DNA of 64,000 bases from Candidatus Marinacidobacterales bacterium. GTDB taxonomy: Bacteria > Acidobacteriota > Vicinamibacteria > Marinacidobacterales > SMYC01. How positions within the stretch are numbered: the stretch's first letter is position 1; each line of letters opens with the position of its first letter. Made by a program: the position numbers and the translations under genes. Location of the stretch: the NCBI GenBank assembly GCA_965237955.1, contig OZ250169.1:1600001-1664000 (forward strand), read 5' to 3'. This document shows positions 50,120-59,674 of the stretch, piece after piece. The notes under the pieces are model-generated. The model saw only the letters and a program-made list of their open reading frames with translations, was not told the origin of the DNA and ran no database searches.

Positions 50120-51100
50120 TCAAACTGGCGTGAACAACGAGAGAGCAAACCAATCCTTCTCGTCCGTGAACGTTTCTCGAACGCGAAAGCCTGCGCTGGC
50201 CGCCAAACCCTCGATCGATGCCAGGGTGTACTTGTAGCAGCTCTCGGTGTGGATCGTTTCCTGGTTGGCGAACGAAAAGCTCCGCTGGCAGGCCGCGACC
50301 GCTACCTCTTGTCGGCCGTTTGAGCGCAGGTGCATCTCGATGCGACCAGCCGGCACGTTGTAGAACGCCTCGTGCGCAAAGCGTTTGCGGTCGAACTTGC
50401 CTTCGAGCTCGGTATTGATTCGGGTCAGGATGTTGAAGTTGAATCGTTCGGTCACCCCGGCTGCGTCGTTGTACGCGGCGTTCAAGATCGCGACGTCTTT
50501 TTGAAGGTCGAAGCCGATGAGAAACGCGTCTTTCGGTTCTAGGTGCTCGCGAAGGCCCTTCAAGAATTGCACCGACTCGTCGTGCTCCATGTTCCCGATA
50601 CTCGAGCCGAGAAACAAGACCAGCATTCGGTCTGGAACCTGATCGTCCGCGGCCACGAGCGTGCTCGCCCGTTTCAATCCCGCTTCGTACGGAGACGCAA
50701 TCGGCGTGACGTCGAGCGCGGGATATCGTGCGTCGAGGCGATCCGCCGTCTGGCGGAGCATCGACTTCGAGATATCGATGGGGAGATAGTGAAGCTCTTC
50801 GCTGGTTTCGAGGAAACTCTCGAGCAGGATTGCCGTTTTGGCCGAGCTGCCACTGCCGAGCTCGACGACGCTGACGCCCTTCCCCACGAGGTTACTGAGA
50901 GCGGGAGCGCACTGGCGCAAGAGCCCGGCCTCGGTGCGCGTCAGGTAGTACTCCGGCTGGCGGGTAATCTCTTCGAAAAGCTCCGACCCCGTTGCATCAT
51001 AGAAGTATTTGGGCTTTAACGACTTCGGCGTACTTCCCAGCCCAACCACGACGTCTTGGGCAAACGCTTCCCGGTGGCTATCCGGAAAAGTCAGGGGCAT
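50120..51100 (-). CDS. egtD: L-histidine N(alpha)-methyltransferase
   Basis: PKYFYD..GS.LFEEIT..PEYYLTRTE, ELGSGS..KT, FLGSSIGN, AYND.AGVT, RIEMHL, IHTE. Confidence 0.93.
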   Translation of the reverse strand: MPLTFPDSHREAFAQDVVVGLGSTPKSLKPKYFYDATGSELFEEITRQPEYYLTRTEAGLLRQCAPALSNLVGKGVSVVELGSGSSAKTAILLESFLETSEELHYLPIDISKSMLRQTADRLDARYPALDVTPIASPYEAGLKRASTLVAADDQVPDRMLVLFLGSSIGNMEHDESVQFLKGLREHLEPKDAFLIGFDLQKDVAILNAAYNDAAGVTERFNFNILTRINTELEGKFDRKRFAHEAFYNVPAGRIEMHLRSNGRQEVAVAACQRSFSFANQETIHTESCYKYTLASIEGLAASAGFRVRETFTDEKDWFALSLFTPV

Positions 51101-51165
51101 CTTGGGATTATATGCCACGCGGATCTTGAATCCATATCTCCCCGTTGCTAAACTTCGCCGCGAGT

Positions 51166-51939
51166 ATGGGCATTGCACACACTTTGGACGACGTCCGCTC
51201 GTATTGGAACGAGTACGTCAACGACATCGAAGTGACCGAGTTCCCGGTAGGCTCTCCCGAGTTCTTCGAGTCGCTAGAGAAGTACCGCTACGACAAGATC
51301 GAGTATCTGCGCGACTACGTCGGCTTCGAGCAGTACCAAGGAAAGAGAGTTCTCGAGATCGGTTGCGGCGTGGGGCACGATCTCATGCAGTTCGCGCGCG
51401 CGGGCGCGGACGTTTCCGCGCGCGATCTCACCGACAACGCCGTGAAGCTCGCGATCGCGAACCTTGCGCGTGAAGGCTACACCGGCGACATCCAGCAGGG
51501 AAACGCCGAGGCCCTCGATATTCCCGACGATACTTTCGATGTGGTGTACTCGCACGGCGTGTTGCACCACACGGTCGACACCGAGAAGGCCATTGCCGAA
51601 GTGCGTCGGGTCTTGAAGCCGGGTGGTGAGGCTATCATCATGCTCTACAACCGCAACTCGTGGCTCTCGTTCGCCGCATGGGTTTCCGGCACCAACATCG
51701 AGCACGCCGAAAAAGACGCACCCATCATCCGTAAATACTCCACCCGCGAATGTCGTAAGCTCTTTCGGGACTTCGAGAACGTTCGCATCCGCGTCGACCG
51801 CTTTCCCAAACGGACGCTCAAGTTCGACAACTTGTTCGGCAAGCTCAACAACTACCTGCTCGTTCCGTTTTTCGAGATCCTTCCGGATGCCATACGCCGA
51901 CCCCTCGGCTGGCACATCATGATCCGGGCGAACAAGTAG
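51166..51939 (+). CDS. Class I SAM-dependent methyltransferase
   Basis: VLEIGCGVG.D, GNAE.L...DD.FDVVYS.GVLHH, RVLKPGG. Confidence 0.88.
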   Translation: MGIAHTLDDVRSYWNEYVNDIEVTEFPVGSPEFFESLEKYRYDKIEYLRDYVGFEQYQGKRVLEIGCGVGHDLMQFARAGADVSARDLTDNAVKLAIANLAREGYTGDIQQGNAEALDIPDDTFDVVYSHGVLHHTVDTEKAIAEVRRVLKPGGEAIIMLYNRNSWLSFAAWVSGTNIEHAEKDAPIIRKYSTRECRKLFRDFENVRIRVDRFPKRTLKFDNLFGKLNNYLLVPFFEILPDAIRRPLGWHIMIRANK

Positions 51940-52001
51940 GCCATCCGACGCAGCAAAACGCGCTCATCGTCCTCGCGCTGATCGCGTTCTCGCTCCCAGG
52001 T

Positions 52002-53807
52002 GTGCCACTCGCCCGGAGATGGTTCCGCGGATATGAAGCCTGGCTCGTCGGTCTCGCTCTAGGTTTTCTGGGGAGCTCGGTCGCCGCGAGCGTGCTCTAT
52101 CGTTTCGAGCTCGCGAGCCCGGCGTCGGTTCTCGTCGCTTCCGCGTTGCTTTCCGTGCTCGCAATCGCTTTCCAGGGGGATCGACGGGGGGGCGACACCG
52201 GGTTGGCCTGGGTCGTTCCCATGTGGCCCATGTGGGCCACGTTGGCTTTTGCAGCGCTGATCGTGGCCGTGCCGTTCTCGAGGGTCGGCGTGTCCATCGC
52301 CGACGGTGTGGCTTATCGAGCCTACTTCAGTGCCGATCTGATGACGCATCTCTCGGTCGTCGCGGAGCTACAGAAGGGCGAGTTTCCGTTCACGAATCCG
52401 TTCTACGTGGGCGCCGGCCTCGGCTACTACTGGCTGTTTTTTGTCTTTCCCGCGACCTTCGGTTTTCTCGTAACGAATCAGGGTGCACTCCTGGTCGTTT
52501 ATGTCGCAAGCGGTTTCTTGTTCTCCGGTCTCTTGTTTGCCACGGCGCGTCGGCTCGAGCTTTCGCCGCCCCGTGCATGTGTCGCCGCGATCATCGTGAT
52601 CGGAGCTGTCGGCTATGAAGGCGTCATCGCTCTCGTCCGGGCTCTCGTTCGGGTGGAGCCGTGGACCGACGTCAACGTCGACGCGTTGTCGCGCTGGGTG
52701 TTCGAGCTCATCTCTCTCGACGGCCTCCATCGCTCGCTGCTGTACTCGCCCCAACATCTATTTAGTTACAGCTTGCTCCTTACGTTGATCCTGCTCCTGG
52801 TTCGCGGCGAGCCGAAAGACGTTCCCGGGGCCCTGCTTTTCGGCGTGCTCCTCGGCGGAATGGCGGGAACGAGCATCGTGTCGGCCATGCTTGCGGGACC
52901 GTGGCTCGTGCTCGTTTTGTGGCGCCGCCGCGCCGAGCTCCCGTTCTTGACGACAGCGTTCGTCGCGACCGCGACGTCGCTTGTGTTCCTCGCGTGGTAC
53001 GTCGTGCTCGGTTTCTTCAGCGACGCGGGCGCGGCGTTGACGGTGCGCATGCCGCGCGCTCTCGAGCTCCCGTCGATCCTGATGATCGACGCCGGCGCGT
53101 TGTCCGTGCTCGCTCTTTTGAGGTGGCGCCGTCGTCGGCCATTCGATGTCGAGCTCGTCATGCTCGCGGCGCTCGCGCTCGTCGCGGTTCTCTTTTTCGA
53201 TCTTCGAGGCTACGAGGGTGTGTGGATGGCGTGGCGCGCGGGAAGCGTCTTGCTCGTAGCGTTGGGTCTCGTGGCCATCCGAGACCTGCGCTGGATGCAT
53301 GCCGCGATCGTCGGGCCAGCGATTCTCACGATCGCGCTCGATGTTCATAACGCATCCGACGTGACCAACCGGCGTCCCTCGCCCGGCGGTTTCCCGTGGA
53401 CGACAGTGGTGAGCGCGGACGAGCACGACGCTCTCACCTGGATCCGTGACCAGACGCCTATTGATGCCATCGTGCAATGGGACGTGCGTGCGCGCGAGCT
53501 CGGTGAGTGGGCACTCGTGCCAGCGCTCGGCGAAAGGCGTATGGCGGTGGGCTTTCCGATCTTTCTGCTCGACCTCCAGAAGTATCGCGTACGTGAGAGA
53601 AGGCACGTTCGACCGATTTTCAACTCGGGAGACATCATCGAGGCGCATCGTTTGGCACGTGAGCTCGGTATCGACTATCTCGTAATAGGTGCTCAGGAGC
53701 TCCGTGTCCGTGGCGAGCGTGTGCGGCCTCTATTCGAAGCCGAAGACCGGTTCCGCGTCGTCTTCGAAAGCGGTCGAACGACGGTTTTGGAAGTGCTCGC
53801 GCCTTGA
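52002..53807 (+). CDS. Polytopic membrane protein (GT-C-like, glycosylation-associated); true start probably slightly upstream
   Basis: D...HL...ELQK...P..NPFY.G..LGYYW loop, many TM, C-terminal soluble domain (ALTWIRDQTP...IDYLVIG). Confidence 0.6.
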   Translation: MPLARRWFRGYEAWLVGLALGFLGSSVAASVLYRFELASPASVLVASALLSVLAIAFQGDRRGGDTGLAWVVPMWPMWATLAFAALIVAVPFSRVGVSIADGVAYRAYFSADLMTHLSVVAELQKGEFPFTNPFYVGAGLGYYWLFFVFPATFGFLVTNQGALLVVYVASGFLFSGLLFATARRLELSPPRACVAAIIVIGAVGYEGVIALVRALVRVEPWTDVNVDALSRWVFELISLDGLHRSLLYSPQHLFSYSLLLTLILLLVRGEPKDVPGALLFGVLLGGMAGTSIVSAMLAGPWLVLVLWRRRAELPFLTTAFVATATSLVFLAWYVVLGFFSDAGAALTVRMPRALELPSILMIDAGALSVLALLRWRRRRPFDVELVMLAALALVAVLFFDLRGYEGVWMAWRAGSVLLVALGLVAIRDLRWMHAAIVGPAILTIALDVHNASDVTNRRPSPGGFPWTTVVSADEHDALTWIRDQTPIDAIVQWDVRARELGEWALVPALGERRMAVGFPIFLLDLQKYRVRERRHVRPIFNSGDIIEAHRLARELGIDYLVIGAQELRVRGERVRPLFEAEDRFRVVFESGRTTVLEVLAP

Positions 53808-53895
53808 ACGTATACTTGCCGAACGCGCGGTTGCAGCTGACGAGGCGGCGTGCGCCGGGACTTACGCCTCGCAGCTGAACCTCGCGGTTTGAACT

Positions 53896-55254
53896 ATGAC
53901 CCACGACCTTGATTTTCTCGTCGTTGGCGCGGGCGTCGCCGGCCTGAGCTTCGCCCACTGGGTATTGGGGGAAGGTCGCAGTGCCGTCATCGTCGAGCGG
54001 AACGATCACGTCGGTGGGCTCGCGCGCTCGTATCGCTACGGCGACTTCTGGTTCGACGTCGGTCCGAAGCGCTTCCACACCGAGGATCAGGAGGTGCTCG
54101 ACTTCCTGCACTCCGTTCTCGATGGCGACCACATTGTCGTGGGTCGCTCGAGCGCGGTGCATCTTTTCGGTAGATACTTCCCGTGGCCGCTCGATCATCG
54201 GGCGCTCTACCGGCTTCCGCTCAAGGTCATGGTGTCCGCGGGATTCGATCTCCTGCGCCGCTCCGCACCGCAAGACGAAAACTCGTTCACCGAGTACACC
54301 CGCTCCCGTTACGGCGATACGTTGTACCGGCTCTTCTTCAAGCCGTACACCGAGAAGTTTCTCCAGATTCCATGCGAGGACGTCCACGTCGACTGGGCGA
54401 AAACGGGCATCAACCGCGCCGTCATCGACAAACGAGTGAAGAGCGAGACCTTGTTCGATCTCGTTCGCTCCGTTTTGCTACCGACTCCGGTCGATACGAA
54501 ATTTCTCTATCCGAGCTACGGCGGCTTCGGGACGTTTTCCGAGAAGCTCGCGAGCCAAGTGCGCGAGCGGGGCGGCGAGATTCTTCTCGAGAACACCGTG
54601 CGCGCCATCGACACCGATGGCGGGAAGGTGGTCTCGGTCGAGCTCGCCGATGGACGACGGCTGCGCCCGGGACATCTCGTATGGAGCGGAAACTTGAAGG
54701 CACTCGCTCGTCTTGTCGGGCAAAAACCACCGCCGCTTCGTTACTTGAGCACTGTCCTCTACAACATGGAAATCGACAGCGACGTGTTGCAACAGGAGCA
54801 ATGGATCTACTTCGGCGGACAGGACACCGTGCTCTCGCGGGTCTCCATCACCAACGAAATGGCCGACTACATGGCGCCAAAAGGCAAGTCGGGCCTCTGC
54901 GTGGAAGTCACCGGCTTCGAGGGTAAAGGTCACTGGGAGAATCCCGACGCACTCATCCCCGAGATCCAGTCCGACTTGGTACGGTTGAAGCTCGTGCGTT
55001 CCGCATCCGACTTCGCTTCCGTCCACGTCGAACGGGTTCGTGACACCTATCCCATCTACGATCTCGACTACAAGAGCAGTTTTGCCAAGGCGTCAGGGAT
55101 GGTGAAGCCGTTCGAGAATCTGAAGCTCCTCGGACGCACCGGAGCTTACTGGTACAACAACTCCGACCATTCGATGAAGATGGCACTCAACATGGCGCGA
55201 CACTTGTTGAAAGGAACGCCCATGGAAGCGAAAGAAGCTCTCTTCCGAGTTTAA
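53896..55254 (+). CDS. FAD-dependent oxidoreductase (HemY / UDP-galactopyranose-mutase-like)
   Basis: VVGAGVAGL, VGGLARS...FDVGP..F, F..YTEK, FLYP..GG, YPIYD, GR.G.Y.YNN.DH. Confidence 0.75.
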   Translation: MTHDLDFLVVGAGVAGLSFAHWVLGEGRSAVIVERNDHVGGLARSYRYGDFWFDVGPKRFHTEDQEVLDFLHSVLDGDHIVVGRSSAVHLFGRYFPWPLDHRALYRLPLKVMVSAGFDLLRRSAPQDENSFTEYTRSRYGDTLYRLFFKPYTEKFLQIPCEDVHVDWAKTGINRAVIDKRVKSETLFDLVRSVLLPTPVDTKFLYPSYGGFGTFSEKLASQVRERGGEILLENTVRAIDTDGGKVVSVELADGRRLRPGHLVWSGNLKALARLVGQKPPPLRYLSTVLYNMEIDSDVLQQEQWIYFGGQDTVLSRVSITNEMADYMAPKGKSGLCVEVTGFEGKGHWENPDALIPEIQSDLVRLKLVRSASDFASVHVERVRDTYPIYDLDYKSSFAKASGMVKPFENLKLLGRTGAYWYNNSDHSMKMALNMARHLLKGTPMEAKEALFRV

Positions 55255-55270
55255 GAGGGCAGCGTGCAGC

Positions 55271-57526
55271 GTGATGCTGGTCCTCTCGTCTCTCGTCGCG
55301 CTCTTCCTGGTGCAGTTTCTACCGGGGCTTCTCGTGGTCAAGCTCCTCGACATTGGCCGCGATCGAGAAGAACGCTTCGTCATGGCGGCGGTCCTCGCCG
55401 GGCCCGTCGCGGCACTCATCTACCTGGTCGTCCTCCTCTCGGATTGGCCCCCTCTCTATTGGATTTTGCTCGTCAATCTCGCGGTCGTCGCAGTCGTGGT
55501 GCCGTTCCGATCCCCGCAACCGTTTCGGTGGCCACGCTCGACGATGCTCACGCTCGGGTTGATTCTCTTCGCCGCGTGCGTCCCCTATCTGCTGACGACC
55601 GGAACTACGTATCTTCCCGATGCGGAAGGCAACCTCGTCCTCGATCGCGCGCTCCAGCGAGACGTGTTGTTCCACCTCGGGATCATCCGCTCTCTCGAGC
55701 ATGACTACCCTCCGGCGCTTCTGTCGATGTCGGGAATCCCGGTCGGCTACCACGTGGGCTACCACTTGCAGCTCGCCGCATGGGCGCGCTTTTTCGAGAT
55801 CGACGCCATGGACTCCCTGGTGCGCGTCGGCACCTTGTGGCAGTTGATGCTCCTCGTCGCGAGCGCGTTCGTGTTGGCGCGGAGGTTTAGCGAGAACAAC
55901 ACCGCTCGTCTTTTGTCGCCGATCTTGACCCTGTGCGCTGGCTTCGGCTACCTGTTCTTTTTGCGGCCGACGGTGGACTGGTGGAGCCTCGTGTTCATGG
56001 ACGTGACCCTGGTCTCGGTCTTTCTCGCGAACCCGCTTCTGCCGGCGCTTCCGGTCTTGTTCACAGGCCTCGCGCTCTTCGACGACTACACGCGCGCGCA
56101 AGGGCGAGGTGCCCTCGTCGGGAGTATCGTGTGTTTAGTCTTCATCCTCGTCGTAAAGATGTTTCTCGGCGCACAGCTTCTCGCGGCGATGGGCCTTGCT
56201 GCGGTTTTGAGTTGGGGCAACCGGAAGTTCTCGACGGCGGTCCTGGCGACTTCGATGGCGTCCTTGCCTTTCTTGGCGCATACGTTCCTCGCTGCCGAAG
56301 GCTCCAACACCAGCGTCGGCCTCAGGCCCCTCGAGCTCGTGCGCTACTCGATGGAAAAGCTAGATTGGGCGGCGGCGATCGAAGCGGTCGCGGCCGTAGG
56401 TCGATTCGACGCGCCGTCGTTCGCTTGGGTCCTCGCCTTCGCGGCGACGCTTTTTTGGATCGCCGGCTTTCTCGGTCTCCGTCTCCTCGGTCTCCGCGCG
56501 TGGGCGCGCGATCTTTGGTCGAGCGCAACGCCCCTTCGCCGCACGATGGCGTGGTTCGTCGCCATCGGATTTCTGGCGGCTCTCGTGTTTCGCATCGCGC
56601 CCGCCGAATCGCAGGCACTGTCCCGGCTCGAAGCACAAAACGATGTCGTCTGGTTCGTGGCGGCGAGCGGGATTCTTCTTTGGTTCTGGGTCGCCGAGGT
56701 CGTGCGCGGGCGCGCAGCTCTCGTTGCCGTGCTCGTGTTTGCGCTACCGTCGACGGTGCAACATTTCGTCTACGCTGCCTCGCTCGAGCCGGACCGCATC
56801 GGGATCGCTCGCGTGCTCGCGGCAAGAGCGGCCGCAGCGCTGTCCGAGCCCGACGCCATTTGGCTAGATCCTCTCGATCGTTCCCGTCCGTCGTTGCTGC
56901 CGTATCTAGCCGGCCGCGCCGTGGTCTACGACCCCTACGTGGGTTACGACTACATGTTCGTTGGCCGCGACGAGATCGATTTCCGACGCGCCGCGCTCGC
57001 GCAGTTCTGGTCGAGCGGGGACCTCGCCTACCGCGCTTGGGTCCTCGATCACTTCGATGTCGACTTCGTCTGGCAGCAAGGTGGCGACGTCGGCCCCATC
57101 CCCGGGCTCGAGGGAATCTACTCGGGTGATTCCGTCTTGCTCTTGCGCGTTCACGGCACGGCGCTCGTGCGCGCGGCCCTTCCGGGGATCATGACTCCGA
57201 CGTCGATTCCCCTCGGAGCCCGCGGCTCCCCGTATCTAGGAACCGGGTTCGTGCGCGTCGGCCGCGTGCGCAACCTGAAACCCGGAAGCTCGCGTATCTA
57301 TGTGCCGCGTGCGGCAGGCAGGAGGTTAGGGATTTCGTTTCTTGCGCAGTCGCATCATGGCGGAGGTGAGCTCGTCGTCGACGGAGAGCGAGTCGATGTT
57401 GGCCGAGGCCAAATGCGAATTCGTGTCGAGCTTAGCGCGCGCGACACGTCGGGTCTTCACGCGGTCGACGTCGAGTGGTTGGGTGAGCGACCGCTCGAGA
57501 TTCTCGAGATCCGTTTCGACCCGTAG
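55271..57526 (+). CDS. Polytopic membrane protein, distant paralog of 52002-53807
   Basis: D.LFHL.II.SL....PP....SG..VGYH loop, many TM, C-terminal soluble domain. Confidence 0.6.
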   Translation: MMLVLSSLVALFLVQFLPGLLVVKLLDIGRDREERFVMAAVLAGPVAALIYLVVLLSDWPPLYWILLVNLAVVAVVVPFRSPQPFRWPRSTMLTLGLILFAACVPYLLTTGTTYLPDAEGNLVLDRALQRDVLFHLGIIRSLEHDYPPALLSMSGIPVGYHVGYHLQLAAWARFFEIDAMDSLVRVGTLWQLMLLVASAFVLARRFSENNTARLLSPILTLCAGFGYLFFLRPTVDWWSLVFMDVTLVSVFLANPLLPALPVLFTGLALFDDYTRAQGRGALVGSIVCLVFILVVKMFLGAQLLAAMGLAAVLSWGNRKFSTAVLATSMASLPFLAHTFLAAEGSNTSVGLRPLELVRYSMEKLDWAAAIEAVAAVGRFDAPSFAWVLAFAATLFWIAGFLGLRLLGLRAWARDLWSSATPLRRTMAWFVAIGFLAALVFRIAPAESQALSRLEAQNDVVWFVAASGILLWFWVAEVVRGRAALVAVLVFALPSTVQHFVYAASLEPDRIGIARVLAARAAAALSEPDAIWLDPLDRSRPSLLPYLAGRAVVYDPYVGYDYMFVGRDEIDFRRAALAQFWSSGDLAYRAWVLDHFDVDFVWQQGGDVGPIPGLEGIYSGDSVLLLRVHGTALVRAALPGIMTPTSIPLGARGSPYLGTGFVRVGRVRNLKPGSSRIYVPRAAGRRLGISFLAQSHHGGGELVVDGERVDVGRGQMRIRVELSARDTSGLHAVDVEWLGERPLEILEIRFDP

Positions 57527-57624
57527 GTTTACGCCAGGCGGCGACGCTGCTCTACCCTCAAGTGCTTGACCTCGGTAAGGATCTACCCGATAGTTGTCTT
57601 GAAGCGAAGCAAAAAATGTTTAGG

Positions 57625-59271
57625 ATGACGACGCGCCCGAGCGTGCTGGGCCTCGTTATTGGATTCGCGGCGCTCGCGGGTTGCCAGGTTTCTTCCGACG
57701 TTTCTCTGCCCGCAGAAGACCGCCTGCTCGAGGACATCATGGAGACCTATGTCTCCGAGCGGTTCCGCTTCTATCCGGTGGAGTTGACGCTCTCCGGTCT
57801 TCCCGGCAACGACGACCGCTTAGGAAGCTACTCGCGAGCGGCGATCGAAGAGCGTATCGGCTGGCTGACGGACTTTCATCACAAGCTCCTGGGTCTCAGG
57901 CCGACCGCACTGTCGCAGCCGGGTTACTTGGACGCTCTGTGGTTGGCGAGTCTGGTCAAATCCGAGCTCTTCGAGCTCGAGGAGAGAAGTCTCTGGCGTC
58001 GTAGTGCGGCGTTTTATGGCGACGCGGTGCGTCTCGGGCTCGTGTCGTTGCTCGCGGAAGGCGATCTCGCCTCGCACGCCGACGCGCTTGCCGGGAGGCT
58101 AGGTAACATACCTCCACTCCTCGACGAGGCGCGGGAAAACCTCGACCCCGCGGAAAGCGTCTGGCGATCCGACGGGCTCGACTCGCTGGATGCTTGCCGG
58201 CGATTGCTCGAGGACCTGCCCGAGATGCTCGAAGGTCGATTGCCGCCGCACCGGGTCGCCGAGCTCGCGGGGTTGAGCCGGGCGGCAACCCGCGCAGTTC
58301 AAGACCTCATCAGGTTGTTGCCCGAGCTCCAATCAGGGGACGACCCGCTCGGTTACTCGTTGGGGGAGGCGTCACTCGAACGCTATTTTTTCTACGACCA
58401 CATGGTCGACTGGTCGCTCGACAAAATCGCGATCGAGGCGGAGGAAGAGCTCGCCGTGGTGACGCACGAGCTGACCGAGCTGGCGTTGAACCAGTTCGCG
58501 TCGAAATCGCTGCTGGCCGTCATTGCACCCAAGCCTTGGGCGGAGCCGCTGGAGTCCGAGGTCGTGGCCGCGGAAAGCCGCGTGCTGGCGTTTTTTCGCG
58601 AGCGGGACGGCTCGACCCCTCTCGACGCGTCGATCCCGGTGCGGCGTGTGCCTGCCTACTTCCCCGGTACGGAAACGGTGCAGCTTTGGCGTCCCAAAGC
58701 TCTCGAGCCCGCCCGGGGATCGTTCTTGATGGTGCGTGAGGTGGCTCGGCCGGATGCGACCGAGCTCGAGCTTCTGACGTTACGGGAGATCGGCGGACGC
58801 GCACGTCAGTATGCTCATCAGGCGGGCTCGGCGAGTCTACTCAGACGTGTGTTCGCCGCGCCGACGACGAGCGAGGGTTGGCTCGCACGATTCGAGCGGG
58901 CCGCGCTCGATGAGGGATTCCATGCGGAGAGCTCCGAGCTCCGCGTCGAACACTACAAGCGGGCGATGTTGGATTTGGTGCGTTTGCTCGCGGTGGTCGG
59001 CGTCCACGCTCACGGCCAAAGCCTCGAAGACGCGGCTGCGCTCTTTCGCGAGCGCGCGTTCGTATCCCCCTCGGCTGCGCGCGCCGAAGCGGAGCGGATT
59101 GCGGTCGACCTGTCTCTCGGAGATTCGGCGCTCGGCCGGCTGCTCGTGAAAGAGCTGGCCGCCGAGTACCGCCGTAGCCATCCGCTGAGTCCGCCTTCCG
59201 AGCTCGAAGACCGCCTCCTCGCCGACGGACTGTTGCCGATCCGTCTGGTGCGTTTCCAGATATTCAATTAG
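57625..59271 (+). CDS. DUF885-like lipoprotein (degenerate)
   Basis: Lipobox ALAGC; P...T..G....DDRL..YS; EGW; A.AEAER; metal-binding HE motif appears lost. Confidence 0.65.
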   Translation: MTTRPSVLGLVIGFAALAGCQVSSDVSLPAEDRLLEDIMETYVSERFRFYPVELTLSGLPGNDDRLGSYSRAAIEERIGWLTDFHHKLLGLRPTALSQPGYLDALWLASLVKSELFELEERSLWRRSAAFYGDAVRLGLVSLLAEGDLASHADALAGRLGNIPPLLDEARENLDPAESVWRSDGLDSLDACRRLLEDLPEMLEGRLPPHRVAELAGLSRAATRAVQDLIRLLPELQSGDDPLGYSLGEASLERYFFYDHMVDWSLDKIAIEAEEELAVVTHELTELALNQFASKSLLAVIAPKPWAEPLESEVVAAESRVLAFFRERDGSTPLDASIPVRRVPAYFPGTETVQLWRPKALEPARGSFLMVREVARPDATELELLTLREIGGRARQYAHQAGSASLLRRVFAAPTTSEGWLARFERAALDEGFHAESSELRVEHYKRAMLDLVRLLAVVGVHAHGQSLEDAAALFRERAFVSPSAARAEAERIAVDLSLGDSALGRLLVKELAAEYRRSHPLSPPSELEDRLLADGLLPIRLVRFQIFN

Positions 59272-59425
59272 AGCCCGAACCCCCATGCCCTTGCCCCTGC
59301 CCCTGCCCCTGCCTTCGCCCGTCCCCGTTCAAAACCAAGGGAACGTATCTGCTCAACCGAGACCTCGAGGACAACGGAACGGGGCCGGGCAAGGGCAAGG
59401 GCAGGGGTTCGGCTTCGGGAGACGG
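59272..59425. repeat. Imperfect palindromic element of gcccct hexamers
   Basis: gcccttgcccctgcccctgcccctgcc...ccccgttc pairs with gaacgggg..gggcaagggcaagggcagggg. Confidence 0.8.
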
Positions 59426-59674
59426 GATCGATTCTCTTGCTTCCATTACACACCGTCCAGATCTATACTTTTCTCAAATCCATTCCGAATCCCATGAAAG
59501 CTCGAACCTGCGGCGCAGCCGCTCTCTCTCTTTGTCGGCTCCGCCCTCTGCGCCTGGGTCTTTTGGGCAAACGGCCTCCAGGCAACGGCCGCGACAGTTC
59601 TGGGTCTTCTTGCCGGCGGGCTCGGTGTCGCCCTCGTCCGCGAACGCCGCGAGTCTGCCCGGCTCGAACGCGCG

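Noticed and set aside
59272-59425. Repeat arrays as a CRISPR array
   Set aside because: Units are 6-9 bp with no unique spacers and there are no cas genes
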